Virus record (IMG/VR): IMGVR_UViG_3300046665_000384 | Coordinates: 28,974 to 92,973 of that record | Direction: 5' to 3' (one strand) | Origin: a virus | Length of the DNA: 64,000 bases | Notes under the pieces: generated by a model | Databases searched by the model: none | Seen by the model: only the letters and a program-made list of their open reading frames with translations | What the model was told of the DNA's origin: nothing | Position numbers and translations under genes: made by a program | In this document: one piece after another, positions 47,340 through 57,500 of the stretch | Numbering within the stretch: position 1 is the stretch's first letter | Layout: every line of letters starts with the position of its first letter

Positions 47340-47578
47340 ACCGTGGCGTGCTGGCGGCCCTGCTGGTACCAGTGATATGCGTGCGCATCGACCTCGCCAT
47401 CGCAGTGCGCGCAGCGGTAGCGCGCCTTCAGCGGCGTGGAGCCGGGCAGCTCGGCGAACTCGTGGCGCGGGCAGGCGCGCAGCTTGACCGCGTTCGCCTT
47501 GACCTGTTCGGCGATGGCGAGCAGGGTAGGGCGGGTCAGCCCGGCCGCCTGCGCCAGCTTGTCCACGGAATCCGTCAT
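47336..47578 (-). CDS. small zinc-binding protein
   Basis: CPRHEF...YRCAHC.G. Confidence 0.5.
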   Translation of the reverse strand: MTDSVDKLAQAAGLTRPTLLAIAEQVKANAVKLRACPRHEFAELPGSTPLKARYRCAHCDGEVDAHAYHWYQQGRQHATV

Positions 47579-47952
47579 ATCGACACCGGCTCCTCGCTGA
47601 AGGCCGCGCGCGGCAGGTCCACCGTCTCGTACTGGCGGATGTCGCCCTCGATGGTGTTCGCGTCGCGGCCGTACACGTCCACGCCCATGCCGCGCGAGGC
47701 TTCAAGGGTGCGGGCGTTCTCGCGCTCGACGTAGAGCATGAACAGGGGCTTGATGACGCCCCATTCGCTCGACGTGAGCACGATGTCGCCGTTGATGGTG
47801 GCCATGTCGTCCTGATCCTCCGGGACGTTCGCCAGCTGGCCCCACGCCGAGAACTGCCGGGCGGCGGTCAGGGCCTGCTCTTTTACCTTGTCGTCGTCGA
47901 TCACGAGGCCGTGCACCCAGTTGACCGACAGGGCCAGTTCGTCAAGCTTCAC
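47575..47952 (-). CDS. head-tail connector-like (P1 PmgC-like)
   Basis: L...EW.VIKPL..L..E...A..LEASR..G...YG. Confidence 0.6.
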   Translation of the reverse strand: MKLDELALSVNWVHGLVIDDDKVKEQALTAARQFSAWGQLANVPEDQDDMATINGDIVLTSSEWGVIKPLFMLYVERENARTLEASRGMGVDVYGRDANTIEGDIRQYETVDLPRAAFSEEPVSI

Positions 47953-47960
47953 GATGCGCC

Positions 47961-48452
47961 TTAGAGGTTGCCGGGCAGTTGTTCACCGAAGAAGTGGAAG
48001 AACAGGGTGCCGGAGATGGTCAGCACCTGCGAACGGTTCTCCCAGTCGCGGTCCGGATTGTCGAAGTTGAAGAAGCCATCTTCGATCTTGACGGCGCGGC
48101 TGTATTTCTCCATCGAGCCCTCGTAGACGGTCGCGCCGCTGAATTTGCCGCCGCTCGCGTTCAGGGCGTCGATGAACGCCTGCGTGTGGCCCTTCACGGT
48201 CTCATAGATCGTGACTTGGCCCTGCATGGCGGTTTCGAGCTGCTGCGGCTGCCAGCTCTTGCTGCCGTTCGGGCCGGGCACTTCGATTTCGCCAGCCGAC
48301 GAGAGGATCGGCCATGGGAATTGCTTGATCAGCAGGCGCATGTGCTCGAAGCCGTCGACGACGAACATCGAGTCCGACGATACGGCCTTGTCGCCCAGCG
48401 CCTTGGCTTGTGCGTACGATTGCGCGAGATACGCGCCGGTATTAACGGTCAT
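47961..48452 (-). CDS. tail tube protein (P1 BplB-like)
   Basis: G....SS......G.E....L......P......E..GPNG......ET..G recalls P1 BplB. Confidence 0.7.
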   Translation of the reverse strand: MTVNTGAYLAQSYAQAKALGDKAVSSDSMFVVDGFEHMRLLIKQFPWPILSSAGEIEVPGPNGSKSWQPQQLETAMQGQVTIYETVKGHTQAFIDALNASGGKFSGATVYEGSMEKYSRAVKIEDGFFNFDNPDRDWENRSQVLTISGTLFFHFFGEQLPGNL

Positions 48453-48487
48453 GCTCGTCACCTTTTATGTGGACTTTCAACGGGTCC

Positions 48488-48528
48488 ACTGTACGGCTCG
48501 ACCTTGCCCGCTCCCGGCGGCGTTTTCC
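48488..48528 (-). promoter_or_regulatory. late-promoter motif
   Basis: GGAAAACG-N27-TACAGT. Confidence 0.7.
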
Positions 48529-50459
48529 TAATGCCCTGCCATTCCGCCCGTTGCAATGTGCGCGAGCCTGCGGTCCTTCACGTCTTGGTTCGCGAGGGAA
48601 TCGTTCGCCACCACCACCGGCTGTGCGGGCTTGCTGTTGAGCTGCACCGGGATGTCCACGCGCGGCGCTTGCGGCGGCAGGGGCGCGGTGGCGGTGGCGC
48701 TCTGCGGGATCGACGGGACCGACTTCGCCGAGGGCATGCCCGGCGCGGCTGTCACGGACGGGATCGATGGCACCGCGTCCGACACCCGCGTCACGCCGAC
48801 CTTGTAGCCCTCGACCTTGCGCATGCCGTCGAGAAGGACGCCCAGCTCTTGGCTCGACATGTCACCGATCTTCTTGCCGCGCAGGTCGATCCCCTTGGCG
48901 TCCGCCGACTTGTAAATGCTGCTCGCGTAGGCTTGCACGTTTGCCTTGCCCGAGTAATCGGAGATGGCATACTTCGGCAGCATTTCCTCAATGGTCTTGT
49001 TGCCGTGCTTGCTCGTCAGCAGCTGCGCCTGCGCGGCGCGGCCGGCGCTTTCCGAGCTGAAGATTGCATTGCCCCACTGGTCGAGGTCGACCACTTCGTT
49101 ACCGTATGCCTTCTTCGCCGCCGCCAGCGCGTCGGCTTTCGACCGCTTCGTGTTGACGGTCTTGTCGGCGCTCCCCGCGTATCCGAATTTCAGGTTGCCG
49201 GGATTGTTGTTTCGCCACGAGACCGTGCCGCCGTCGCGCATCTCGGTCGACCCGTCCGCGCGCTCGTAGACGCGTGCGGTGCCCTTCGCCGAGAGCAGGC
49301 GGCCAATCGGCGCGACCGCGCCAGCCGCCCAGTCCTTCGCGGCGGTCAGGCCCGCGCCTGTTCGCTCCTTCGCGGCGGCCAGCCCGGCGCTGGCGCGGTC
49401 CGCCAGCTTCTGCGCCCCGCCGGCCACGTCGATGCCCGTTTTCTCCTTGATAAAGTCGTTCGCGGCCTCGCCGGCCTTTCTGACGATCCCCAGCTTGTCC
49501 GCCACCATGTCCACCAGCTTGCCGGCCAGCTCCTTTACCTTGTCGCCGACCAAGGCCCAGCCTGCGGCGATGGCGGTGACGATGGCGGCCCCCATCGGGC
49601 TGAAGATGAACTGTGCCACGTCCTTGATGATCCCGAGCATGCCGCCATCGCCACCGCCACCCGCGTGAATCCCGCCGATGGCGCGCAGCTCGGCCCGGTC
49701 GAACTCCCGATCTTCCTTGCGCATGATCTTGAGCTGGCTGAGGATGCGGCGGTACCACGGCAGCGCGTCGCTCGACTTGTCGTGCTTGACGCCCCGGCCG
49801 ATAACGGCCTTGCCGACCTCGCCAACGGCCTTCAGCGGGCCGCCGGCCAGATTGCGCAGCTCGTTCGCCGCCTCGATGGCCGGGTCGATCTTTTCCAGAT
49901 CGCCACCGCTGCCGCCATGCCCGGAGACCGCTGTTTTCAGCCTTGCAAGCAATCCATCCTTGTCGCTACGGGCCGAGCCGCTTTCCGTGCCGCCGCCGGC
50001 ACCGAAGCGCCCGCGTGCGTCGCGCACCTGCGCGGAACCGGCCGCCTGCGCGCTGCGTTCGCGGTTGGCGCGCGATGTCTCGGCGCGCTGCTCGGCCGCC
50101 GCCTGCTGGGCCTGCTGGCGCGTCAGCTGCCGCACGGCGCGTTCCACCGGGTCGCCCGCGCGCTGCGCGCTGGCGATGAACCGCCCCCGGCTGTCTCGCG
50201 CACGGTCGACCCCGCCCGCTGCGCTGCGCGTGCCGACCGGGACGGATGCGGTATTTCGCGCGCTGGCCGACGCGGCGCGCTGGCCGCCGGCATTGGGGTT
50301 GGCCGGGCGCGCGCGCTGGAGCACATTGGATCGCACCTGCCCCTTGAGCAACCGGATGACGGTTGCCGTGTCGCGCTTGATCGCCTTCAGGGTAGGCGTC
50401 GCCTCGTCGGCAGGGAGCCTATGGTCGGGGACGAGAAACCCGTATTGGTCTGCGTTCAT
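48528..50459 (-). CDS. tape-measure protein with lytic (RNNNPGNL) domain, Sit-like
   Basis: RD.RGRF repeats, TM segment, WRNNNPGNL...F.....G..A...LL...KYA. Confidence 0.75.
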   Translation of the reverse strand: MNADQYGFLVPDHRLPADEATPTLKAIKRDTATVIRLLKGQVRSNVLQRARPANPNAGGQRAASASARNTASVPVGTRSAAGGVDRARDSRGRFIASAQRAGDPVERAVRQLTRQQAQQAAAEQRAETSRANRERSAQAAGSAQVRDARGRFGAGGGTESGSARSDKDGLLARLKTAVSGHGGSGGDLEKIDPAIEAANELRNLAGGPLKAVGEVGKAVIGRGVKHDKSSDALPWYRRILSQLKIMRKEDREFDRAELRAIGGIHAGGGGDGGMLGIIKDVAQFIFSPMGAAIVTAIAAGWALVGDKVKELAGKLVDMVADKLGIVRKAGEAANDFIKEKTGIDVAGGAQKLADRASAGLAAAKERTGAGLTAAKDWAAGAVAPIGRLLSAKGTARVYERADGSTEMRDGGTVSWRNNNPGNLKFGYAGSADKTVNTKRSKADALAAAKKAYGNEVVDLDQWGNAIFSSESAGRAAQAQLLTSKHGNKTIEEMLPKYAISDYSGKANVQAYASSIYKSADAKGIDLRGKKIGDMSSQELGVLLDGMRKVEGYKVGVTRVSDAVPSIPSVTAAPGMPSAKSVPSIPQSATATAPLPPQAPRVDIPVQLNSKPAQPVVVANDSLANQDVKDRRLAHIATGGMAGH

Positions 50460-51286
50460 GGGCGTCCTTGGAACATGAATGTGTCGAATTCGGTAAATAC
50501 GAGCTGGAGCTGTTGCAGCCCTTCCTCGCCGCGCGAAAGCTCCGTTTCCAGCGACGTGACGCGCATCGCAAACTCGGTTTCGTAGCCGCCGAATGCCTGC
50601 ATGGTCGCGTCGTTCACGGCCGACTCGATCAGGCGGATTCCGATGAGGTAATCGGCCGGGAGCCCCACGGTGCCATCGGACCGCGCCACCTGTTTTGCCT
50701 TGCCGTCGAACCAGCCCCGGATCGTGCCGGCGGCGTCGTCGAACGTCGTGATGCGCATTTCCGTGCGCTCGGTGCCCGTCACCATGTCCATGACGGCGGT
50801 ACCAATCTGCTTGGCCTCGCTGCTGATCGTCCACGGCCCCAGATTCACGTCCGTGGCGAACAGGTTGAACGTCTTGGAGATGTCTTCGTAGCCCTTGGGC
50901 GGGTTCGGGTCTCGGATTTCGATGAACCAGAGATTCTTGCGCGCGTGGTTCCCGGCGCGCACCTCTGCCGCGATCCGGGCGGCCTCCTGCGGCGTCAGGC
51001 CGCCCAGAAGGGGATTCGGGCTGGCTTGGAAATACAGGTGTGCGGCGGTCGGGTTGGACAGCGGCGACTTGATGCCGAGCTTGTTCCGGATCGCGTTCAC
51101 GCCCGCGCCGAGGAGCGCATTGGCGTCACCTCGCTCGATGGCGCGCACGACACCAGCAGCCCCCGGCGCGAGCTTGCCAACAGCCGCGCCTACGATGGCG
51201 CTGCCGGCGGCGCGGCTGGCGATGGTCGAGCCGATGCTGGAGATGCTCGACGACAGCCGCTGGCTGAGCTGGTCAAACAGGCTCAT
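50456..51286 (-). CDS. tail tube-like/baseplate protein
   Basis: F..FATDV..G..TI......IG; WF..K......DGT..LP.DY. Confidence 0.55.
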   Translation of the reverse strand: MSLFDQLSQRLSSSISSIGSTIASRAAGSAIVGAAVGKLAPGAAGVVRAIERGDANALLGAGVNAIRNKLGIKSPLSNPTAAHLYFQASPNPLLGGLTPQEAARIAAEVRAGNHARKNLWFIEIRDPNPPKGYEDISKTFNLFATDVNLGPWTISSEAKQIGTAVMDMVTGTERTEMRITTFDDAAGTIRGWFDGKAKQVARSDGTVGLPADYLIGIRLIESAVNDATMQAFGGYETEFAMRVTSLETELSRGEEGLQQLQLVFTEFDTFMFQGRP

Positions 51287-52908
51287 TCGTCGTCCTCGGC
51301 ATTACCGCCCGCGCCCGGCTTGCCTGCGCCGGGGAATCCGCCCCCGTCGCCGAATCCGCCGCCACCTCCGCCACCCTCACCGAAACCGCCGCCGCCATCT
51401 TCCGCCGGGGGCTCCGTCATGTTCTCCACGATCAGGTCCGCCTGTTCCTCGTCCAGCAGCATGATCTTCGTGAGGATTTCTTTCTGGCCCGGCTTCTTCA
51501 TGCGCAGGTCGCGCAGCTGGGCGAGGGTCTGGGTCAGCATCATGCCGCTGTTCATCGCCTCGGTCTTGGTCTTCTGCTTCTCGGTTTCGAGGGCGGAAAT
51601 CGTGCCGTAGAAATTGACCACCCACGGGCGCTCGTTCGCGGCGAACACGGTCCCGTACTTGTGGTAGGTGTGGATGTCGATGATCTGGTTGAAAAACTCC
51701 GTCAGGCCCACGCGCAGCAGGCGCGAGCGCTCGGCCGCCTGCGCCGAGGTGCGGAAGAATCCGCCGTCGCCGAGGCCGCCAGACAGCAGCTCGGCAAAGC
51801 CCAGCATGGACAGGTCGATGCCCAGCGCGGCGGACAGCAGCTTTGCATAGAACATCACGTCTTCGATGCTGATCGTGCCGCTCTGGCCCCGGCCGCTGCC
51901 GCCCGTCAGGCTACCGGCAACCGCCGCGAGCTGCTTCTCGCCATACACCGGCAGCAGGTTGTAGATGCGCTGGAGGAACGGCTTGCGGTTCGCGATGGCG
52001 GCCTCGGCGCGCTGCTTCGACGCCATGAGAATTTTTTGCAGGTTCATCATGTACGACTTGCGCTGCTCCTTCGTCACGCCGTCCATGTTCACGGTGATCA
52101 GGGACTCGTCCATGGAGTCGAGGATGCGCTGCCCCGACAGGCCGACGAGGGCCGTCGACAGCATGTCGTAGGGGTCTTCCGCGCTGTCGAGGAACGAGCC
52201 GCCGACCAGCGAGGGCAACAGCGGCAGCTCGTTGATGTCGTCTTCGTCCAGCGCCAGTTTGATCGCCTTTTCCATCGCGCGCACCTGCGGGATGTAGACC
52301 ATGCGCGGCATTTTCAGGCGGGCCATCTGCATCAGGCTCAGTCGCCCGGTAAAGCGCGGGCCGGCGGCGACCACGAAGCCCACTGTGGTATTCCCCCGCT
52401 CGTACGACGTCACCATCGCGGGGTGCACGATTTCGTCCACCAGAACGTCGACCACGCCGCGCTTGCCATCGGTGTACACGCGGCCGTAGGCGTCGCCGAA
52501 GCCTGCGCCATTGAAACCTGCCGTGTAGGCGATGCGGTTGAAAATTGCGCACAGGTCGGTCCGGATTTCCTCGACCATCGCCGCCTTGGCCTTGTCGCCC
52601 TTGAAGGCCGGGTTATCCTCCAGAAAAACGACATCGCCGGATGTCTCGTGTCCGCCGAGGGCGGCCGTGACGTGCAGGCGCAGCGCAGTCGAGACAATCG
52701 GGTCAGAGACCATTTCGATGCGCTTCTGGTAAATCTGCTGCCGGTTCCGGGCGATCTGCTTGGTACTGCCCAGCAGCATCGAAATCGACAGGCCATCCGT
52801 CATGGCGTCCTGCTGCTCGCGCTCGGTGATCTGGTGGCTGGCGACGTTCTTCGCACCGAACATGCGCGAGAGGAAACCCCACGTCTTACCGTTCTCGTTG
52901 TTGGACAT
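51283..52908 (-). CDS. prt: portal protein (P1 Prt-like)
   Basis: I.TAL..H.T.AL; IED.......L..ALG.D...LG.A...SGGLG.GGF.RT. Confidence 0.85.
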   Translation of the reverse strand: MSNNENGKTWGFLSRMFGAKNVASHQITEREQQDAMTDGLSISMLLGSTKQIARNRQQIYQKRIEMVSDPIVSTALRLHVTAALGGHETSGDVVFLEDNPAFKGDKAKAAMVEEIRTDLCAIFNRIAYTAGFNGAGFGDAYGRVYTDGKRGVVDVLVDEIVHPAMVTSYERGNTTVGFVVAAGPRFTGRLSLMQMARLKMPRMVYIPQVRAMEKAIKLALDEDDINELPLLPSLVGGSFLDSAEDPYDMLSTALVGLSGQRILDSMDESLITVNMDGVTKEQRKSYMMNLQKILMASKQRAEAAIANRKPFLQRIYNLLPVYGEKQLAAVAGSLTGGSGRGQSGTISIEDVMFYAKLLSAALGIDLSMLGFAELLSGGLGDGGFFRTSAQAAERSRLLRVGLTEFFNQIIDIHTYHKYGTVFAANERPWVVNFYGTISALETEKQKTKTEAMNSGMMLTQTLAQLRDLRMKKPGQKEILTKIMLLDEEQADLIVENMTEPPAEDGGGGFGEGGGGGGGFGDGGGFPGAGKPGAGGNAEDDE

Positions 52909-52937
52909 GACGACTCACAATAATGGACTCAGCCATC

Positions 52938-52978
52938 ATTGTTGCGCCGGCTCCAGCGGTGCCCGCCCCGCGTTTTCC
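52938..52978 (-). promoter_or_regulatory. late-promoter motif upstream of portal
   Basis: GGAAAACG-N27-AACAAT. Confidence 0.7.
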
Positions 52979-52984
52979 TCCGAT

Positions 52985-53008
52985 AAAAAAGCCCGCACAG
53001 AGCGGGCA
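52985..53008 (-). terminator. intrinsic terminator
   Basis: GCCCGC-loop-GCGGGCTTTTTT on minus strand. Confidence 0.75.
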
Positions 53009-53012
53009 CTAT

Positions 53013-53354
53013 TTACGGGTTGATGAAATCCCACACGATTACTTGCTTAGCCTTGATTCCGTAGTGCTGGAGAAATAGGTAACGCGTCTCTTCGAGCTGC
53101 TTACGTAGATTGTCGTCCACTTCCATCTCGGCAAATTCCAAGAGTTTGCTGATGGCCCTTGAATAGTTCCTATCGAAGTCACTTGGAGTTGTCCCGAAGC
53201 CGAGGAAAGTGTGTTTCTTCCCGATCCTGACACTCAGGACGGCCCCACGAGGGTTTTTTGCTTCTGGTGTTGGCGGAAGGTAGGTGATCCCATAGATCAG
53301 ACCATTTTCGCGCAGGAGCTTAGACGGATCGGCCTGTATCGTTTCAATTTTCAT
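53013..53354 (-). CDS. low-GC hypothetical protein (moron-like)
   Basis: GGAG RBS; visibly AT-richer codons. Confidence 0.6.
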   Translation of the reverse strand: MKIETIQADPSKLLRENGLIYGITYLPPTPEAKNPRGAVLSVRIGKKHTFLGFGTTPSDFDRNYSRAISKLLEFAEMEVDDNLRKQLEETRYLFLQHYGIKAKQVIVWDFINP

Positions 53355-53379
53355 AATTTATCTCCGTAACGGCGGATAG

Positions 53380-53532
53380 TCAGGTCTTGACGCACCCGAC
53401 GAATTCGATGTCGTCGTCCTGCGCGTCCGCCCATTCCTCGAACAGCTCGATTGCCTCGCCTTCGCTTTCGGCCGTGTAGGTGCGCGAGCGGGCCGCGCCA
53501 TTGCGCGAATACGTTATGCGGTACTCATCCAT
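53380..53532 (-). CDS. 50-aa acidic protein
   Basis: GGAG RBS; MDEYRITY...AESEGEAIELFEEW. Confidence 0.55.
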   Translation of the reverse strand: MDEYRITYSRNGAARSRTYTAESEGEAIELFEEWADAQDDDIEFVGCVKT

Positions 53533-53549
53533 GATGGTCTCCGGTCGCC

Positions 53550-53966
53550 TTACTGCGGCTCTTTGTCGAGCGCTTCATATCCATCGGCCGGGTCAGCGGG
53601 CAGGAGCGTTCCGGCGTCAATATCGCCGGGAATCTGCGATGCGTCTGCATCCTCGATTTCGCCGAGGTACGTTTCGACGCTCTCGATCCATTCGCGGGTC
53701 GCCTGCCCCTTGTCGCCGTCCTGCCAGCTTTCGGGCTTCCCGTCGAACTCTTCGTCGGCCTCGCGATGGATGTCCTCGATCAGCCCGCGCAGCTCCTGCA
53801 CCGCCTCATCGTGCGCCGCCACATGGACGTCCAGTGACGCGCGCGCTTTCTCCAACTCTTCGTTAAACACGGACACGCCATCCTCCAGCGCGGCGCGCAT
53901 AGCGGCCACTTTCTCCAGAGCTGCAAGGATTCGTTTGTCGTCGGTCTTGGTGATCTTCATTGCCAT
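53550..53966 (-). CDS. acidic helical protein
   Basis: E.FD.KPE.WQ.G.KG motif; about a quarter D/E. Confidence 0.65.
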   Translation of the reverse strand: MAMKITKTDDKRILAALEKVAAMRAALEDGVSVFNEELEKARASLDVHVAAHDEAVQELRGLIEDIHREADEEFDGKPESWQDGDKGQATREWIESVETYLGEIEDADASQIPGDIDAGTLLPADPADGYEALDKEPQ

Positions 53967-54015
53967 GTTGTGCTCCGGTGTCTGGCAGCGCCCGGCGCGC
54001 CGCCCAATGAACGAG

Positions 54016-54045
54016 ATTGTATGCGCTCACGTTTTGCGTCGTCAA
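54016..54045 (-). promoter_or_regulatory. sigma70 promoter with operator
   Basis: TTGACG-N18-TACAAT; operator at 54019-54030. Confidence 0.75.
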
Positions 54046-54112
54046 GTGCATAATTTCTGTGACGCAAACGAAAAAGCCCGGACAGGCCGGGCTCGTGAGG
54101 GGAGGGCAGGCG

Positions 54113-54529
54113 TCAGGCTTGCCGCGCGCGCTGGTCCGGGTCGTCCAGCACGAACGGCCGGCCGTGGAGCGTGTATTCATTGGTCAGCACGCCCGTGGTG
54201 CCGATCACGTCGTCGCCGAACATCCAGCCGGCGAGCAGGGTCAGCTCGGGGCTGACCGAATCGCCATCCTTGACCTCGTATTCGGTCGCCCAGCTCGGCT
54301 CGTCGTACGTGCCCACCGAAAGGCCGTTCGCGCGCAGGACGCGCTTCATGGCCCACCAGTAGGGGCCGTAGCGCAGGTAGTTCTTCGGGTCTTTCGCGAG
54401 CACCTTGCGGGTTTGCTCGACGAAGATCGGCAGCAGCGGCTTGCCGCCGACCTGCGACTGGTACGTCGCGAGCTGGGCGCGCAGGTACGCCGGGTCCATC
54501 TTGTAATCTGGTTCGCCGTCATCGGCCAT
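54113..54529 (-). CDS. ulx: Ulx-like protein (DarB packaging helper)
   Basis: KDPKNYLRYGPYWWAMKRVL resembles P1 Ulx; adjacent to darB. Confidence 0.75.
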   Translation of the reverse strand: MADDGEPDYKMDPAYLRAQLATYQSQVGGKPLLPIFVEQTRKVLAKDPKNYLRYGPYWWAMKRVLRANGLSVGTYDEPSWATEYEVKDGDSVSPELTLLAGWMFGDDVIGTTGVLTNEYTLHGRPFVLDDPDQRARQA

Positions 54530-54570
54530 TCTGTTCTCCATGCCGCCCCACGGCGGGGCGGCGTTACGGG

Positions 54571-57500
54571 TTATACGATGTAGTCTTTGATGCTCAGGTT
54601 CAGGTGCTCGAACAGGGAGGCAATCGAGGCGACCGGCTTGCCGTCGCTGAATTTCTCGCCTTCCTTGATCGTCAGTCGGAACGCCTTGCTCACGTTGTCG
54701 AACGTGCGGCCCTGAAGCCCGGCAGCACCAGCTGTTGCAATCTTCTCATGGGTCTTCGATCCGCGCACGGTTTTCAGCAGCACGTACTCGTTCGCCTTGT
54801 ACATGAAGCTGGCCGAATAGCGGTCGGTCGTCTTCATGTCGTCCATGGTGCCGACCTCCGCCGACGTCACGCCGTCGAGCGCGCGCAGCGCCTTGAGCAT
54901 GCCGTCCAGATCGATGCCTTCGGTGTCGATGCGGTTGGCGGCGCGGTAGGCGCGTGCCCAGCCCTTCATGTCGGCCCAGCGCGAGGACAGCGTGGACTCG
55001 ACCAGCGCCACGGCAGCATCCCAGCTGGACACGTACAGCCGGGCCGACGCCGGCACGTTCATGGATGCGCGCGCCTCGGTCACAGCTACCTTCAGCTCGA
55101 CACGGCCGTCCGCCTCGGCAAACAGCACGCCGGCCAGCTTCTTCCCGTTTTCGTTCTGGACCATGAAGTCAGACGGCGGGTAGTAGGCATTCGCGTAGGC
55201 GAGCACCTGATCGGCGATCAGGCCGTTCGTCACCGCGTCGCCAAGGGCAGCAACCCATGGCGCGGCCAGCGTGTACTTGCTGCCCGATTCCAGCTCGATC
55301 CAGCGCTCGGTGCCGTCGTCGATCCGGTTGGACCATTTGCGGTACTGCGCGAACGAATGCAGCAGGGCGGTTTCGAGCGTGTCCACCTGCATGAATTCCT
55401 GCTTGCTGTTGAACCAGCCCAGCGCCCATGCGTCCAGCTCCTCCGGCGTTTTCACGCTGGCGACACCCTCCGGCAGCGCGTTGAAGAATTCCTTGATGAG
55501 CCCGAGAGAATCCAACACCTTGTTCACGGTCAGGTAGTACGCGTCGATGGCTTGCAGGTCGGCCTGTGTCGCACGCATCTTGTGCGCGATGGCGTATTGC
55601 TTGATGGCCGCCGCCTTCAGCTCGCCTTGGAAATACCCGCTGCGGGCGATCACGCGCAGGTCGCGCAGCTTCACGCTGCGACCGTTGCTCGTGTACGCCT
55701 CGATCAGCGGGGCCTGCTCCGCCTTGATCTTGTCAACCAGCGCGCCACCGGATGCGCCCTGCGGCAGCACGAACAGGAAGTAGGGCGGGGTGAGCAGGAT
55801 GCTATCGAGCGCCATCGCCTGCGCCGGGATCGGCACCGACAGGGCGTCACGCACCTCGGCCACCAGCGACGAATACAGTTCGAGGGTGCCCGGCGAGAAT
55901 CCGGCGGACAGGCTGATCGCCCGTTCGTCTGCGGCGACCGCGCGCTGCACCGTGCGCCCCCATTCCTCCATGTCGCGGCCGATGAACTGCGCGCCGGTCA
56001 TGCGCAGCAGCTCGGTATCGGTCAGGTCGGCCGGATTGAAACCGACAAGACTCTTGGCGCCATTCACAGGCTTGCGTACGACCATCAGCTTTCCCTCGTG
56101 CTCGACGAACGTACCGACTACCGCGAGCGTGCCATTGACGATTTCCGCATTGCCGCTGTTGAAGGCTTCCAGATCGGACTTGCCATACCCCTCGTCTGCG
56201 CGCACGGCAAAGCTGACGGCCGCCTCCTCTTTCATGCGGTTGGCGATGTTCACGTCCTTTTGCCAGTTCTGGTACGCGGCGGTCAGCTTGTCCGCCTCGC
56301 TGAACGCGCCGCCCTCATAGGGAGTGACCGGCATGCCGAACGGGTCGACCGGCAGGCCGCCCAGCATCGACAGCTGCTCGGTACGTTTGGCTTGCAACTC
56401 GGCGATCTGCTTGCGCAGGCGCTCGGCCAGAATCGGGCCTTCGGTCGCGTCGAGACGTTCGCGGGCGTTGCTGATCGCGATGCTGGTCTGCTTCGCCACG
56501 GCGAGCTTGCTGTTCACCCATGCGGCGAAGCCAATTTTTTGCTTGTAGTTCTCCGTGGCAGCGAATTTCTCCAGCCACTTCGTCTGGGCCTCGATGATGC
56601 GCAGGCTTTGCAGCTGCGCGACCTTCACCGCCGCGCGCTTCTGGCGCTTGTTGCGCAGGGCGATTTCGTCGCTCAGGCGGCTCATGGCGTCGGCGTCCCC
56701 CACGGCGTTCGCCATCATCTCGTAGTCCTCTTTCGAGAGGTCGCCTTCGATCTTGATCGTCGCCTCGTCGCCGGACATCAGCGAGCCGATCCAATCGGCC
56801 TTGATGCCCACCAGCTTGCGCTTGTAACCGTCGAACGTGCCATCAGCGTCGTAGTGGTAGACGTTCACGCGCGCCAGCGGATTGCCTTGACGCACGCCCC
56901 GGCCGTTACGCTGGTGGATGGAGTCCGGCGTCCAGCCAATCGTCATGTGGTGGATCGCCTGCGTGCCTTTCTGGAGGTTGATGCCCACCTCGGCCTTTTT
57001 GTTGGCAATGATGACGCTGTACTTGTTGTCTTCGCCGTCCGCGTTGAAGCCGTCCTGCACCTCCTGCATGCCGGCCGTGTCGACCGCCACGGCGTTGACG
57101 ATCTTGATCTTCGATGCCGGGATGCCGACCGCCTGCGTCAGCGCCAGCTTGATCTTGTGGTGCAGGCCCAGCTCGTCACAGAAAATGATCTGCTTGGCCT
57201 GCCCCATCCAGCGCGGCGACGCGGCCTCGGCGCGGAAGTTCTCGATCACGGCGGCCAGCTTCGGGCTGATCGTCACGGTCGGGCTGACGCCGTTGGTGGC
57301 CATGATCTTGAGCAGCACGTCCTGCGTCTCGTAGTCGGTCGACAGCAGTTCCACCGCACGCCCGGTTGCCGCCGCGCGGGCGCGCACGGTGACGAGGTAC
57401 TTGGTGACGGATTCGCCCGTTTCGGTGTCCTTGACCACGCGCGTCTTGATGTCGGCCGGGTCGGCGTTCTCGTCCGGGTAGTCGCGCTCCTCGACGACGT

